Assembly: GCA_963824645.1 (NCBI GenBank)
Contig: CAWGQC010000002.1
Coordinates: 6,628-70,627, forward strand
From: an uncultured Acidimicrobiales bacterium
GTDB taxonomy: Bacteria > Actinomycetota > Acidimicrobiia > Acidimicrobiales > RAAP-2
DNA length: 64,000 bases
Direction: 5' to 3'
Shown: positions 9,271-20,184 of the stretch, piece after piece
Layout of the letters: every line of letters begins with the position of its first letter
How positions within the stretch are numbered: the first letter of the stretch is position 1
Notes under the pieces: generated by a model
Told to the model about the DNA's origin: nothing
The model's database searches: none
What the model saw: the letters and a program-made list of their open reading frames with translations, nothing else
Made by a program: the position numbers and the translations under genes

Positions 9271-9840
9271 TTACCCGCCTTCGTAGGCGAAGCCGAGATC
9301 GGGAGCGGTGATCAGGGCCCGGAACGGAAGGCCCTCAGCAGCCGCCATCGCCTCCACCGTTCCGCCCCGGTCGACCACGGCCACGAGGAGCACGGGGATG
9401 GCCCCGGCAGCGGTCACCGCATGAGCGGCCTCGAGGAGCGACGAACCCCGGGTGACCGTATCCTCGGTCACCACCACTCGATCACCGGGATCGAGGGCTC
9501 CGGCGATCCGACCCCCGCCGCCGTGGTCCTTGACCTCCTTGCGCACACTGAATGCCTTGAGCAGACGGCCCCGGGTAGCGGCCACACCGGCGGTGACAAA
9601 AGCCACCGGGTCCGCCCCCATGGTCAGCCCCCCGATGGCGTCCACGTCGCTCGGAATCACGCTCAGCACACCCTCTGCCACCAGCACCATCGCCTCGGGC
9701 CGACACACGGTCTGCTTCGAATCGATGAACCAATTGCTCTTCTTGCCCGACTTGAGAACGAAGTCACCCTGCCGCACCGAATGGTCGAGCAGATGGTCAC
9801 GCAGTTGCTCGAACTCGGTGGGGGGAAGGGACGTGCTCAT
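9271..9840 (-). CDS. pyrE: Orotate phosphoribosyltransferase
   Basis: PRPP-binding loop RVVVTEDTVTRGSS and FVLKSGKKSNWFIDSK. The ATG overlaps the purM stop (ATGA). Confidence 0.9.
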   Translation of the reverse strand: MSTSLPPTEFEQLRDHLLDHSVRQGDFVLKSGKKSNWFIDSKQTVCRPEAMVLVAEGVLSVIPSDVDAIGGLTMGADPVAFVTAGVAATRGRLLKAFSVRKEVKDHGGGGRIAGALDPGDRVVVTEDTVTRGSSLLEAAHAVTAAGAIPVLLVAVVDRGGTVEAMAAAEGLPFRALITAPDLGFAYEGG

Positions 9841-11105
9841 CCCGCGGGCTCCGCATCGTCGGCGTCGACGTCGGACCACCAATCTGGTCCGACGAACTCG
9901 ACGATCGGTCGGGTCGTGCCGACCCGGCCGGGTTCGTGCTCGACCGGATCGGCCCGACCCACGACCACGGCGTCCACCCCCGCATCCGATAGCGCACCGA
10001 GAGCACCGTCGACACCGTCAGGATCGACGGCCATGACCATGCCCAGACCGAGGTTGAAGACGCGAGCCATCTCGCCGGCGGAGACGTTGCCCAGACGACG
10101 GATCTCGTTGAAGATCGGGGGTACTTCCCAGCTGCCGCGATCCAGAGTGGCCTTCATCCCGTCAGGAAGCATGCGGGGCACGTTGCCTTCGAATCCTCCC
10201 CCGGTGATGTGGGCCACAGCGTGGACGCCACCGCTGCCGACGGCGGAGCGCACCGCCGGTGTGTAGATGATCGAGGGGCGAAGCAATTCATCGCCCAGCG
10301 AGGGGGTCTGGCCCCGGGGTCCGGCTAGGGCGGTTGAGCCCGCTCCATGGTCGGCGGCGGGGCCGGACCAGGCGGGGCCGTCCAGTGTCAGCCCCGATCG
10401 TTCGAGAAGGACGTGGCGCGCCAGGGTGTAGCCGTTGCACCGAAGGCCCCCGGACAGAAGCCCGATGAGGACGTCCCCGGCCACCACCCGGTGGGGACCG
10501 AGGACCTCCTCGCGTTCGACCACGCCCACCGCGAACCCGACCAGATCGAACTCACCCGGTTTCATCACGCCCGGATGTTCGGCCATCTCGCCGCCCAGAA
10601 GGGCGGCCCCGACCCGACGGCACCCCTCGGCCACGCCGCTCACCAGATCGGCCATCTGCGCCGGATCGACCGAACCTGTCGAGATGTAGTCCAACAAGAA
10701 CAGAGGTTCGGCCCCGTGGCAGACCAGGTCGTCCACGCACATGGCCACCAGATCGATACCGAGGGTGTCGAAGCGCCCCAGAGCCTCGGCCACCAGTGCC
10801 TTGGTTCCGACCCCGTCGGTCCCCGACACGAGCACCGGGCTGCGGTAGCGGGCTCCATCCAGAGCGAAGAGGCCAGCGAAACCGCCCAGCCCGCCGAGTA
10901 CCTCAGGCCGCAGGGTCGACGCCACCATGGGCTTGATCAAATCGACAGCCCGCTCGCCGGCATCGATATCGACGCCGGCCGCCGCATAGGTGGCGGCCTC
11001 CCCTGGGGCGCGGGCACCTTCGGCTGTCGGATGTGTCGGATGTGTCGGATGTGTCGGATGTGTCGAGGGGGATGAAGGTGTCGTGGGGGATGAAGCTCCG
11101 CTCAC
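9837..11105 (-). CDS. purM: Phosphoribosylformylglycinamidine cyclo-ligase (AIR synthetase)
   Basis: YAAAGVDIDAGERAV, SGTDGVGTKAL, DLVAMCVDDLVCHGAEPLFLLDY, HITGGGF. The GTG start overlaps the purF stop. The N-terminus carries (HPT)4. Confidence 0.93.
   Translation of the reverse strand: MSGASSPTTPSSPSTHPTHPTHPTHPTAEGARAPGEAATYAAAGVDIDAGERAVDLIKPMVASTLRPEVLGGLGGFAGLFALDGARYRSPVLVSGTDGVGTKALVAEALGRFDTLGIDLVAMCVDDLVCHGAEPLFLLDYISTGSVDPAQMADLVSGVAEGCRRVGAALLGGEMAEHPGVMKPGEFDLVGFAVGVVEREEVLGPHRVVAGDVLIGLLSGGLRCNGYTLARHVLLERSGLTLDGPAWSGPAADHGAGSTALAGPRGQTPSLGDELLRPSIIYTPAVRSAVGSGGVHAVAHITGGGFEGNVPRMLPDGMKATLDRGSWEVPPIFNEIRRLGNVSAGEMARVFNLGLGMVMAVDPDGVDGALGALSDAGVDAVVVGRADPVEHEPGRVGTTRPIVEFVGPDWWSDVDADDAEPAG
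11025..11065. repeat. 9-bp tandem repeat (tgtcggatg x about 4.5) inside the 5' end of purM
   Basis: Direct reading of 11025-11065. It translates on the minus strand to STHPTHPTHPTHPT. Confidence 0.9.
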
Positions 11106-12586
11106 GCTTTGTTCACGCTGCCCGACCCGCTCAGGGCTCCCCGCTCCACGAATGCCACCGGTACCTTGACCGGATAATCACCGGTCAGACAGGCGTCACA
11201 GAACCCGGCCCCGGGAGCGTCGACCGCTTCGACCAGGTGCTCGAGGGTCAGGAACTCGAGGGAATCCACGCCGAGATAGTCCGCCATTTCGGGCTGCGTC
11301 ATTTTGGCCGCCAACAATTCGTTGCGGTCAGGAGTGTCGATGCCGTAGAAGCACGGCCATCGAAACGGTGGCGAGGAGATGCGCAGGTGGACCTCGGTCG
11401 CCCCGGACTCCCGCAACATGGTGACCATGGCCCGGGTGGTCGTCCCCCGCACGATCGAGTCGTCGACCACGATGACCCTCTTGCCGGCGATGTTCTCGCG
11501 CAACGGATTGAGTTTGCGGCGTACACCGTTGGCTCGCTCGGCCTGGGTGGGCGCAATGAACGTCCGCCCGATGTAGCGGTTCTTGACCAGACCCTGCCCA
11601 TAGGGAACGCCGGAGGCGACGGCATAGCCCTCGGCGGCCGGCACCCCCGAATCGGGGACGCCCATGACCAGATCGGCCATGACCGGTGCCTGGGTGGCTA
11701 ACAGTTGACCCATCCGACGGCGGGCCCCGTGGACCTCGTTCCCGTACAGCCGGGAGTCCGGTCGGGCGAAGTAGACGAACTCGAAAATGCAGAGCTTGGG
11801 ATCCAACCGCTCTACCGGAAAGGGGCGCTCCGAACGCACTTCCTTGCCGTCGATCACCACCATCTCACCCGGCTCCAGCTCGCGGATGAAGGTTGCCCCG
11901 ATCACATCGAGAGCAGGCGACTCCGAGGCCAGCACCCAGCCCGTCTCATAATCGGCGGTGGCGTCCAACCGACCCAGGCACAGGGGCCGGAAGCCGTTGG
12001 GGTCGCGCACCCCGATCAGACGGTCGGCGTCCATGAGGACGAACGAGAAGGCGCCTTCCGCCGAGGGCAGTACGGCGAACAGAGCGGCCTCCAGCTCGTT
12101 GCCGTCACTGTCGTCACCGTCGAAAGGGTGGGGAGCGTCGATTGAATCGGGCGGGAACTGGCGGGCCAACAACTCAGCCACCAGGTCGCTGTCGGAAGAG
12201 ACCATCCCGGGCAGCATTCCGGCCTGGCCGGCCAACGTCGTTGTATTGGTCAGGTTGCCGTTGTGGGCCAGTCCGAACCCGGCCCGGCCCACACCCCGGT
12301 ACACAGGTTGCGCATTGATCCAATCGCTCGACCCGGCCGTGGAATAGCGGGTGTGGCCGATGGCCAGATGACCGCGTAAACCCGACAGCTTGCGCTCGTC
12401 GAACACGGTGGTGACCAGTCCCATGTCCTTCATGACCGTGATCACGTCGCCGTCGCTGACCGCCATGCCCGCGGACTCCTGCCCGCGGTGTTGGAGGGCG
12501 TAGAGACCGTCGAAAGTGAGGTGTGCGACTGAACGCCCCGGGGCGAACACCCCGAAGACGCCGCACGCTTCCTTGGCCTCCATCAT
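11102..12586 (-). CDS. purF: Amidophosphoribosyltransferase
   Basis: N-terminal nucleophile CGVFGVF after a short propeptide (MMEAKEA), plus YALQHRGQESAGM and the PRTase loop VIVVDDSIVRGTT. Confidence 0.93.
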   Translation of the reverse strand: MMEAKEACGVFGVFAPGRSVAHLTFDGLYALQHRGQESAGMAVSDGDVITVMKDMGLVTTVFDERKLSGLRGHLAIGHTRYSTAGSSDWINAQPVYRGVGRAGFGLAHNGNLTNTTTLAGQAGMLPGMVSSDSDLVAELLARQFPPDSIDAPHPFDGDDSDGNELEAALFAVLPSAEGAFSFVLMDADRLIGVRDPNGFRPLCLGRLDATADYETGWVLASESPALDVIGATFIRELEPGEMVVIDGKEVRSERPFPVERLDPKLCIFEFVYFARPDSRLYGNEVHGARRRMGQLLATQAPVMADLVMGVPDSGVPAAEGYAVASGVPYGQGLVKNRYIGRTFIAPTQAERANGVRRKLNPLRENIAGKRVIVVDDSIVRGTTTRAMVTMLRESGATEVHLRISSPPFRWPCFYGIDTPDRNELLAAKMTQPEMADYLGVDSLEFLTLEHLVEAVDAPGAGFCDACLTGDYPVKVPVAFVERGALSGSGSVNKA

Positions 12587-12727
12587 CGGTCGGTCACCGC
12601 ACACACCGGGGCTCGTCGGGCTCGTCCTTCGCCACGATTTAGCCACACAACGGCCTCACCGTGCCACTCCATCCTAGTGGGCCCCCTCCGAAGCACGCCC
12701 GGAGGGTGCCGTTAACCTTGGCCGGGG

Positions 12728-13576
12728 ATGATCGACCTCCATACCCACTCCGACGTTTCCGACGGCAGCGACCGGCCGGAGCGGATCCCGGAGCTGGCCG
12801 CCGAGGCTGGATGCAGTGCCATCTCCCTGACCGACCACGACTCACTGGCCGGATCCGGTCCGGCCCGGGTGCGGGCCCATGAGCTGGGTCTCACCTTCGT
12901 ACCGGGCTGTGAGGTCTCCTGCCGACCGGCAGGGCCGGGCGGGATGCACGTACTGGTCTACTTCGTGGAGGACGAGGACAACCCGCTGGGAGCGGAGCTG
13001 GTCCGGCTGCGGGCCGACCGACGAAGACGGAACCGGGCCCTGGCCGACCGCCTGGTCGCTCTGGGCATCCCGATCACCTACGAGATGGTGGTGGCCGAAG
13101 CGCGGGACGAGGCCAGCGTCGGGCGTCCCCACTTTGCCGCAGCCATGGTGGCGGCGGGGGCCGCCGAGTCGATCGACGACGCCTTTGCCACCACGTTGGC
13201 CAACGACCGTCCCGGCTTCGTGCCCAAGGCCCGGCTGTCGGGAGCCGAGGTGGCTCAGCTGGCCCGCGCCTCGGGAGGTGTGGCCGTCCTGGCTCATCCG
13301 TTCAGCATGGGTGTCGAAGGAGCCGATCTGGCCCGAACGGTGGGGGAGCTGGCCGAGGCCGGATTCACCGGAATCGAAGCCATCTACGGTCGCTACTCGC
13401 CCCGGCAGCGGCAACAGCTGACCAATCTGGCCTGTCGTTTCGACCTGGTGGCCACGGGTGGTTCGGATTACCACGGTGTCCCCAAGCCCGACCTGCGGGT
13501 GGGCACCGGCCGAGGTGATCTCCGGGTTCCCAACCAGGTGCTGGACCGGCTGGAAGAGCGGCGTCCGCCGACCTGA
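12728..13576 (+). CDS. PHP-domain metal-dependent phosphoesterase (TrpH/YciV-like)
   Basis: MIDLHTHSDVSDGS…ISLTDHDS…LAHP…TGGSDYHG are the characteristic PHP His/Asp motifs. Confidence 0.85.
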   Translation: MIDLHTHSDVSDGSDRPERIPELAAEAGCSAISLTDHDSLAGSGPARVRAHELGLTFVPGCEVSCRPAGPGGMHVLVYFVEDEDNPLGAELVRLRADRRRRNRALADRLVALGIPITYEMVVAEARDEASVGRPHFAAAMVAAGAAESIDDAFATTLANDRPGFVPKARLSGAEVAQLARASGGVAVLAHPFSMGVEGADLARTVGELAEAGFTGIEAIYGRYSPRQRQQLTNLACRFDLVATGGSDYHGVPKPDLRVGTGRGDLRVPNQVLDRLEERRPPT

Positions 13577-13699
13577 GCGACCGGCCTGATGAAGAAGGGA
13601 TTGGTCCGGGCCGGCGCTCGGTGCTTGCCGGCGCGAGGTGCTGCCGGCGATCGGTGCGGCCGGCCACCGGTGCCGCCATTGACAGACCGGCCCCGACCT

Positions 13700-16021
<2,322 letters not shown>

Positions 16022-16218
16022 AGCGTGGAGCGTACCCGGCCACGCCTGCCGGCCGGCAGGTTGCGGCTGATTCTGAGGGGCCAACCACCGGCCCCGGGAT
16101 GTGTGGCTAACCGGGCTGTCGACGGGTTGGGTCATCCTGCTGTCGGACTGTGGTGACCGAGTTGTCCCGGCGTAGACCAGCGACGGTCAAAGGGTCAATG
16201 ATCGAGCCCGGCAGTGAG

Positions 16219-16285
16219 GATTGATCTCAAGTTGTCCGCCTCGTTGGAAGAACAAACGATCGGGACAACCTGACCTGTATCAATC
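16219..16285. repeat. Imperfect inverted repeat in an AT-richer patch between purL and the small opposite-strand gene
   Basis: GATTGAT…GTTGTCC (16219-16237) faces GGACAAC…ATCAATC (16263-16285). Confidence 0.6.
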
Positions 16286-16329
16286 TCGATAAAAAACAAC
16301 TTGCCCCCAATGGACTTGTCTGGAATGCT

Positions 16330-16767
16330 GTGCCGATGCCACCCAGCAATTCGACTAAGTCGCGCAAGAAAACTCCGATGTCCGAGGCTCACAAGGCAGC
16401 TCTGGCCAAGGGGCGCGAAGAGGGCCGTATCGTGCGTCAATACCTCGAAGCCCTCGAGTCGACGAAGCCCAGGCGGGGCCGTAAGCGAACCCCGGATTCG
16501 ATCCGCCGACGGTTGAGTACCATCGATTCCACACTGGCTGGAGCCGATCCCTTAACCCGTCTTCATTTGGTCGAAGAGAAGCAGCGACTTGAGGCGGAAC
16601 TGGCCCACAGCGGCGACACCGTCGACATTGCCGCTCTGGAGAAATCCTTCATCAAAGTGGCCCGAATCTACGGCGAGCGTAAGGGTATTTCTTACTCCGC
16701 CTGGCGTACCGTGGGTGTCAGCGCTTCCGTTCTCCAGCAGGCCAAGATTCCCCGCACCCGCGGCTAA
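16330..16767 (+). CDS. Small basic hypothetical protein (helical; possible nucleic-acid binder), atypical codon usage
   Basis: 145-codon open frame in a locally lower-GC segment. By my count third-position GC is about 70 percent, against clearly higher values in flanking genes. Lys/Arg-rich N-terminus and coiled-coil-like middle. The C-terminal GISYSAWRTVGVSASVLQQAKI is HTH-like. Start could be GTG 16330, ATG 16336 or ATG 16378. Confidence 0.5.
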   Translation: MPMPPSNSTKSRKKTPMSEAHKAALAKGREEGRIVRQYLEALESTKPRRGRKRTPDSIRRRLSTIDSTLAGADPLTRLHLVEEKQRLEAELAHSGDTVDIAALEKSFIKVARIYGERKGISYSAWRTVGVSASVLQQAKIPRTRG

Positions 16768-16808
16768 ATAGGGACGGCGCCTAAATACGGACGGCGCCTA
16801 AATACACC
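16764..16808. repeat. 17-bp tandem repeat (ctaaata[g/c]ggacggcgc x about 2.5) between the small ORF and purQ
   Basis: Read directly: ctaaatagggacggcgc ctaaatacggacggcgc ctaaatacaccg. The first copy contains the ORF stop codon. Confidence 0.85.
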
Positions 16809-16809
16809 G

Positions 16810-17532
16810 TCAGGCGACCGTGGCCACCTCGGGCGGTGGGGCGGTGGCGGACCGGTCGGCCCCCCCGTCGACGGTGGAGGACACCAGTGCGCCCAGCAGG
16901 ACCAGCCCGTCAGCCGAGCCGAGGAGTGCATCGGCGGCCCGCTCCGGATGGGGCATGAGACCGATCACGTTGCGGTCCTCGTTGCAGACCCCGGCGATGT
17001 CGTCCATCGAGCCGTTGGGGTTCCCCCGGTAGCGCAGCACGATCCGGTCCTCAGCCTGCAGCTCGGCCAGGGTGTCGCGGTCGCAGGTGAAGTTGCCCTC
17101 GAAATGGTTGATCGGGATGCGCAGTTCGGTCCCCACGTCCACCCCGGCGGTCAGCACCGAATCGGACGACTCCACCCGCACGGTCACCGTCGTGCAGATG
17201 AAGCGCAGGCCGCGGTTCTTTTGTAAGGCACCGGGCAGAAGGCCGGCCTCGGTCAGTACCTGAAACCCGTTGCAGATCCCGACCACCGGACCCCCTTCGG
17301 CGGCAAACCGCCCCACCGCCTCCATGATGGGAGAGAAGCGGGCGATGGCCCCGGGGCGTAGATAGTCACCGTGGGCGAAGCCTCCCGGCAGTACGAGGGC
17401 GTCGAAACCGGCAACCGAGGTCGCGCCGTGCCACACCAGATCGGCCGAAGCACCGGCCCGTTGAAGACCGAGGACGGCGTCGTACTCACAGTTCGTCCCC
17501 GGAAACTGCACGACACCCACCCGGGGTGCCAT
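16810..17532 (-). CDS. purQ: Phosphoribosylformylglycinamidine synthase, glutaminase subunit PurQ
   Basis: VGVVQFPGTNCEYD, nucleophile elbow GICNGFQVL, HPER near the C-terminus. Confidence 0.93.
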   Translation of the reverse strand: MAPRVGVVQFPGTNCEYDAVLGLQRAGASADLVWHGATSVAGFDALVLPGGFAHGDYLRPGAIARFSPIMEAVGRFAAEGGPVVGICNGFQVLTEAGLLPGALQKNRGLRFICTTVTVRVESSDSVLTAGVDVGTELRIPINHFEGNFTCDRDTLAELQAEDRIVLRYRGNPNGSMDDIAGVCNEDRNVIGLMPHPERAADALLGSADGLVLLGALVSSTVDGGADRSATAPPPEVATVA

Positions 17533-17837
17533 CAGACCTCCCCACCAGGCGTGGGCACCGGCGTGGGCACAGGCGTGGGCACCAACATCACCGACGCCTC
17601 CTCGATGACCGGGTTGGCCAGCAGACGGTCGGCCACCTCGGTGGCCCGGCTCCTGGCGTCATCCTCGTCGGTGGCGGTGACATCGAAGCGGAAAGCTTTG
17701 CCCGCCCGTACCCCGGAAACTCCGGCCAGACCCAGGGCCGGCAATGCCCGCTCGATGGTGGCACCCTGGGGGTCGGCGATCCCTGCTCGCAGCCGGACCT
17801 CGACCAGCACCGAAAATCGGTCAGTTCCAGGGCTCAT
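17532..17837 (-). CDS. purS: Phosphoribosylformylglycinamidine synthase subunit PurS
   Basis: VLVEVRLRAGIADPQGATIERALPALG…FRFDV is a typical PurS. The stop overlaps the purQ start. There is an extra C-terminal VPTPVPTPVPTPGGEV tail. Confidence 0.85.
   Translation of the reverse strand: MSPGTDRFSVLVEVRLRAGIADPQGATIERALPALGLAGVSGVRAGKAFRFDVTATDEDDARSRATEVADRLLANPVIEEASVMLVPTPVPTPVPTPGGEV
17548..17583. repeat. 12-bp tandem repeat ([a/c]ggcgtgggcac x3) in the 3' end of purS
   Basis: Read directly. Encodes the (PTPV)n tail on the minus strand. Confidence 0.85.
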
Positions 17838-17968
17838 GAGGCACCGTACCAGTCACGCAAGGACCCGATCCTGCTTCTGTGGGCCGCGGCGTCGCCGGCG
17901 TGGGGAGGGGGGCTGATTGTCGAGGGGCCACAGCGGTGGGCCCGAGTGCCGTGGCCGCCGTTTCTGGC

Positions 17969-18877
17969 TCAACCGCCGTACCAGTCAGACAGCCGGCGAC
18001 CACAGACCCGCTCGTAGGCGGCGATATAGCGGGTGGAGGTGGCGTCCACTATCTCCTCGGGCAGAGGGGGAGGCGGCGGCTGCTTATCCCAGGGCTGGGC
18101 CTCGAGCCAGTCGCGCAGCGGTTGCTTGTCGAACGACGGCGGATTGGTCCCCGGCGCACAGTCGTCCGCCGGCCAGAACCGACTCGAATCCGGGGTCAGT
18201 ACCTCGTCGCACAGGGAGAGGGCGCCGTCGATGTAGCCCAGCTCGAACTTGGTGTCGCAGATGACGATGCCCTGCTCCTCGGCCCGGGCGGCGGCCCTCC
18301 CGTAGGCGGTCAGACACAGCTCGGCAGCCGCTTCGGCCGCCTCCTTGCCCACCAGGTCGATGGCCTCGGCCATGCCGATGTTGAGGTCGTGGCCCTCGGT
18401 GGCCTTCGTCGACGGGGTGAAGATGGGCTCGGGCAGCCGGTCGGCATGACGGAGCCCGGAGGGCATGGCCATGCCGTGGACCGTGCCCTGGCGTTCGTAC
18501 TCCTTGTAGGCCGATCCGGCCAGGTAGCCGCGCACGATGCATTCGATGTCGAGCATGTCGGCTCGGTGAACGAGCATGGCCCGACCGGCCAGGCCGTCGA
18601 GACCACCGGGCAGACCGGTCGCCCCCGGCGGAAAGGTCGAGACGTCGGCGCTGATCAGATGGTTGGGGGCCAAGTCGGCGAGGGCCTCCAACCAGTAGGC
18701 GGTCATGGCGGTCAGCACCCTGCCCTTGTCGGGAATGGGCTCGGCCATGATCACGTCGAACGCCGATATACGGTCGGACGCCACCATCAACAGGCGGTCC
18801 TGGCCGGCGTCGTAGAGCTCACGCACCTTGCCGGTCTGAATGAGCGTGAGTGGTTCGTCGGTCGAGTGGACGGTCAT
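17969..18877 (-). CDS. purC: Phosphoribosylaminoimidazole-succinocarboxamide (SAICAR) synthase
   Basis: GKVRELYD, MVASDRISAFD, CDTKFELG motifs. 302 aa. Confidence 0.93.
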   Translation of the reverse strand: MTVHSTDEPLTLIQTGKVRELYDAGQDRLLMVASDRISAFDVIMAEPIPDKGRVLTAMTAYWLEALADLAPNHLISADVSTFPPGATGLPGGLDGLAGRAMLVHRADMLDIECIVRGYLAGSAYKEYERQGTVHGMAMPSGLRHADRLPEPIFTPSTKATEGHDLNIGMAEAIDLVGKEAAEAAAELCLTAYGRAAARAEEQGIVICDTKFELGYIDGALSLCDEVLTPDSSRFWPADDCAPGTNPPSFDKQPLRDWLEAQPWDKQPPPPPLPEEIVDATSTRYIAAYERVCGRRLSDWYGG

Positions 18878-20184
18878 GGGGCAAGCTCCTCCAGGGCATC
18901 GGTGAACCGGTGGACATGTCGTAAGGTGCGCGAAAGGTCGAATGCGTTGTCAAGAGCGTCGGGCGAGAGGGTCACCTCGGGGTCTGCGTCCAGCACGGCC
19001 CGGAATGAGCGCCCCTGGTCCCACGCCGCCCGGGCGTCACGCTGGACGATGCGATAGGCGGCATCGCGGCTGATGCCCCCGCTGACCAGGGCCAGCAATA
19101 CGGACTGGCTGAAGACGAGGCCGCCACTTCCTTCGGTCAGGGTGGCCAGTGCCCGTTCCGGGTGGATGACCAGACCTTGGACCAGACCGGTGGCCTTCTC
19201 CAGCATGTAGAGGGCGAGCATGGACGCATCGGGAAGCACGATCCGCTCGACCGAGCTGTGCGAGATATCGCGCTCGTGCCACAGAGCGATGTCCTCGAGT
19301 CCCGCCGACAGGTACCCGCGCAACACCCGGGCCAGGCCGCACAGCCTTTCGGAGAGGATGGGATTGCGCTTGTGGGGCATGGCCGAGCTGCCCTTCTGAC
19401 CGGGTTTGAAGGGCTCCTCGGCTTCTCCGAGCTCGCTCCTGGCCATGTGCCGCACCTCGGTGGCGATGAGCTCGATGGTCGCCCCCACCGAAGCACAGGC
19501 CCACAGATACTCGGCGTGGCGATCGCGAGGGATGACCTGAGTGGCCGGCGTAGGGGTGAGACCCAGGGCGGCACAGACGCGGTCCTCCACCCGGGGATCG
19601 ATGTTGGAATAGGTCCCCACTGCGCCCGACAGCTTTCCCACCGCCACCCGACGGCGGGCATCCACCAGCCGCTGACGGTCACGATCGGCCTGGAGGGCCC
19701 ACAGGGCGAACTTGGCTCCGAAGGTGGTCGGCTCGGCGTGCATCCCATGGGTCCGTCCGGTCACCGGCACATCGATGCACTCTTCGGCCCGGGCCTTGAG
19801 TGCCGCCACCAGCCCGGAGGATGCGACGATGAGCAGGTCGGCGGCCCGGGTGAGCGTGGCACACAGGGCGGTGTCCACCACATCCGACGAGGTCAGTCCG
19901 TAATGGATCCAAGACCCGTCCGGTTGGCCGATGGCGTTCTGGACGACGTCGACGAAGGCAGCCACGTCATGATCGGTGACTCGTTCACGGTCAGCCACGG
20001 CGGTCACGAAGGCGTCGTCGACGACGGGTGCCTTGGCCCGGCAGGTGGCGGCGGCCTGGGCCGGAACGTCACCCACCTGGGCCCAGCCGTCGGTGGCCAA
20101 CAGCTCGACCTGCAGCCACATGGACAGACGGGCCTGGTCGGAGAAGAGGTCGGCCATGGCCGCAGGGGCGTAGCGCGGAATCAT
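18874..20184 (-). CDS. purB: Adenylosuccinate lyase
   Basis: MIPRYAPAAMADLFSD, YGLTSSDVVDTA, and the signature SSAMPHKRNP. The ATG at 20184 overlaps the purD stop (ATGA). Confidence 0.93.
   Translation of the reverse strand: MIPRYAPAAMADLFSDQARLSMWLQVELLATDGWAQVGDVPAQAAATCRAKAPVVDDAFVTAVADRERVTDHDVAAFVDVVQNAIGQPDGSWIHYGLTSSDVVDTALCATLTRAADLLIVASSGLVAALKARAEECIDVPVTGRTHGMHAEPTTFGAKFALWALQADRDRQRLVDARRRVAVGKLSGAVGTYSNIDPRVEDRVCAALGLTPTPATQVIPRDRHAEYLWACASVGATIELIATEVRHMARSELGEAEEPFKPGQKGSSAMPHKRNPILSERLCGLARVLRGYLSAGLEDIALWHERDISHSSVERIVLPDASMLALYMLEKATGLVQGLVIHPERALATLTEGSGGLVFSQSVLLALVSGGISRDAAYRIVQRDARAAWDQGRSFRAVLDADPEVTLSPDALDNAFDLSRTLRHVHRFTDALEELAP

Noticed and set aside
16195-16440. 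81-aa minus-strand ORF (MTHDTALFAPLG…)
   Set aside because: It overlaps the start of the better-supported plus-strand 145-codon ORF and the AT-rich inverted repeat. It has no motifs and a hydrophobic, irregular composition.
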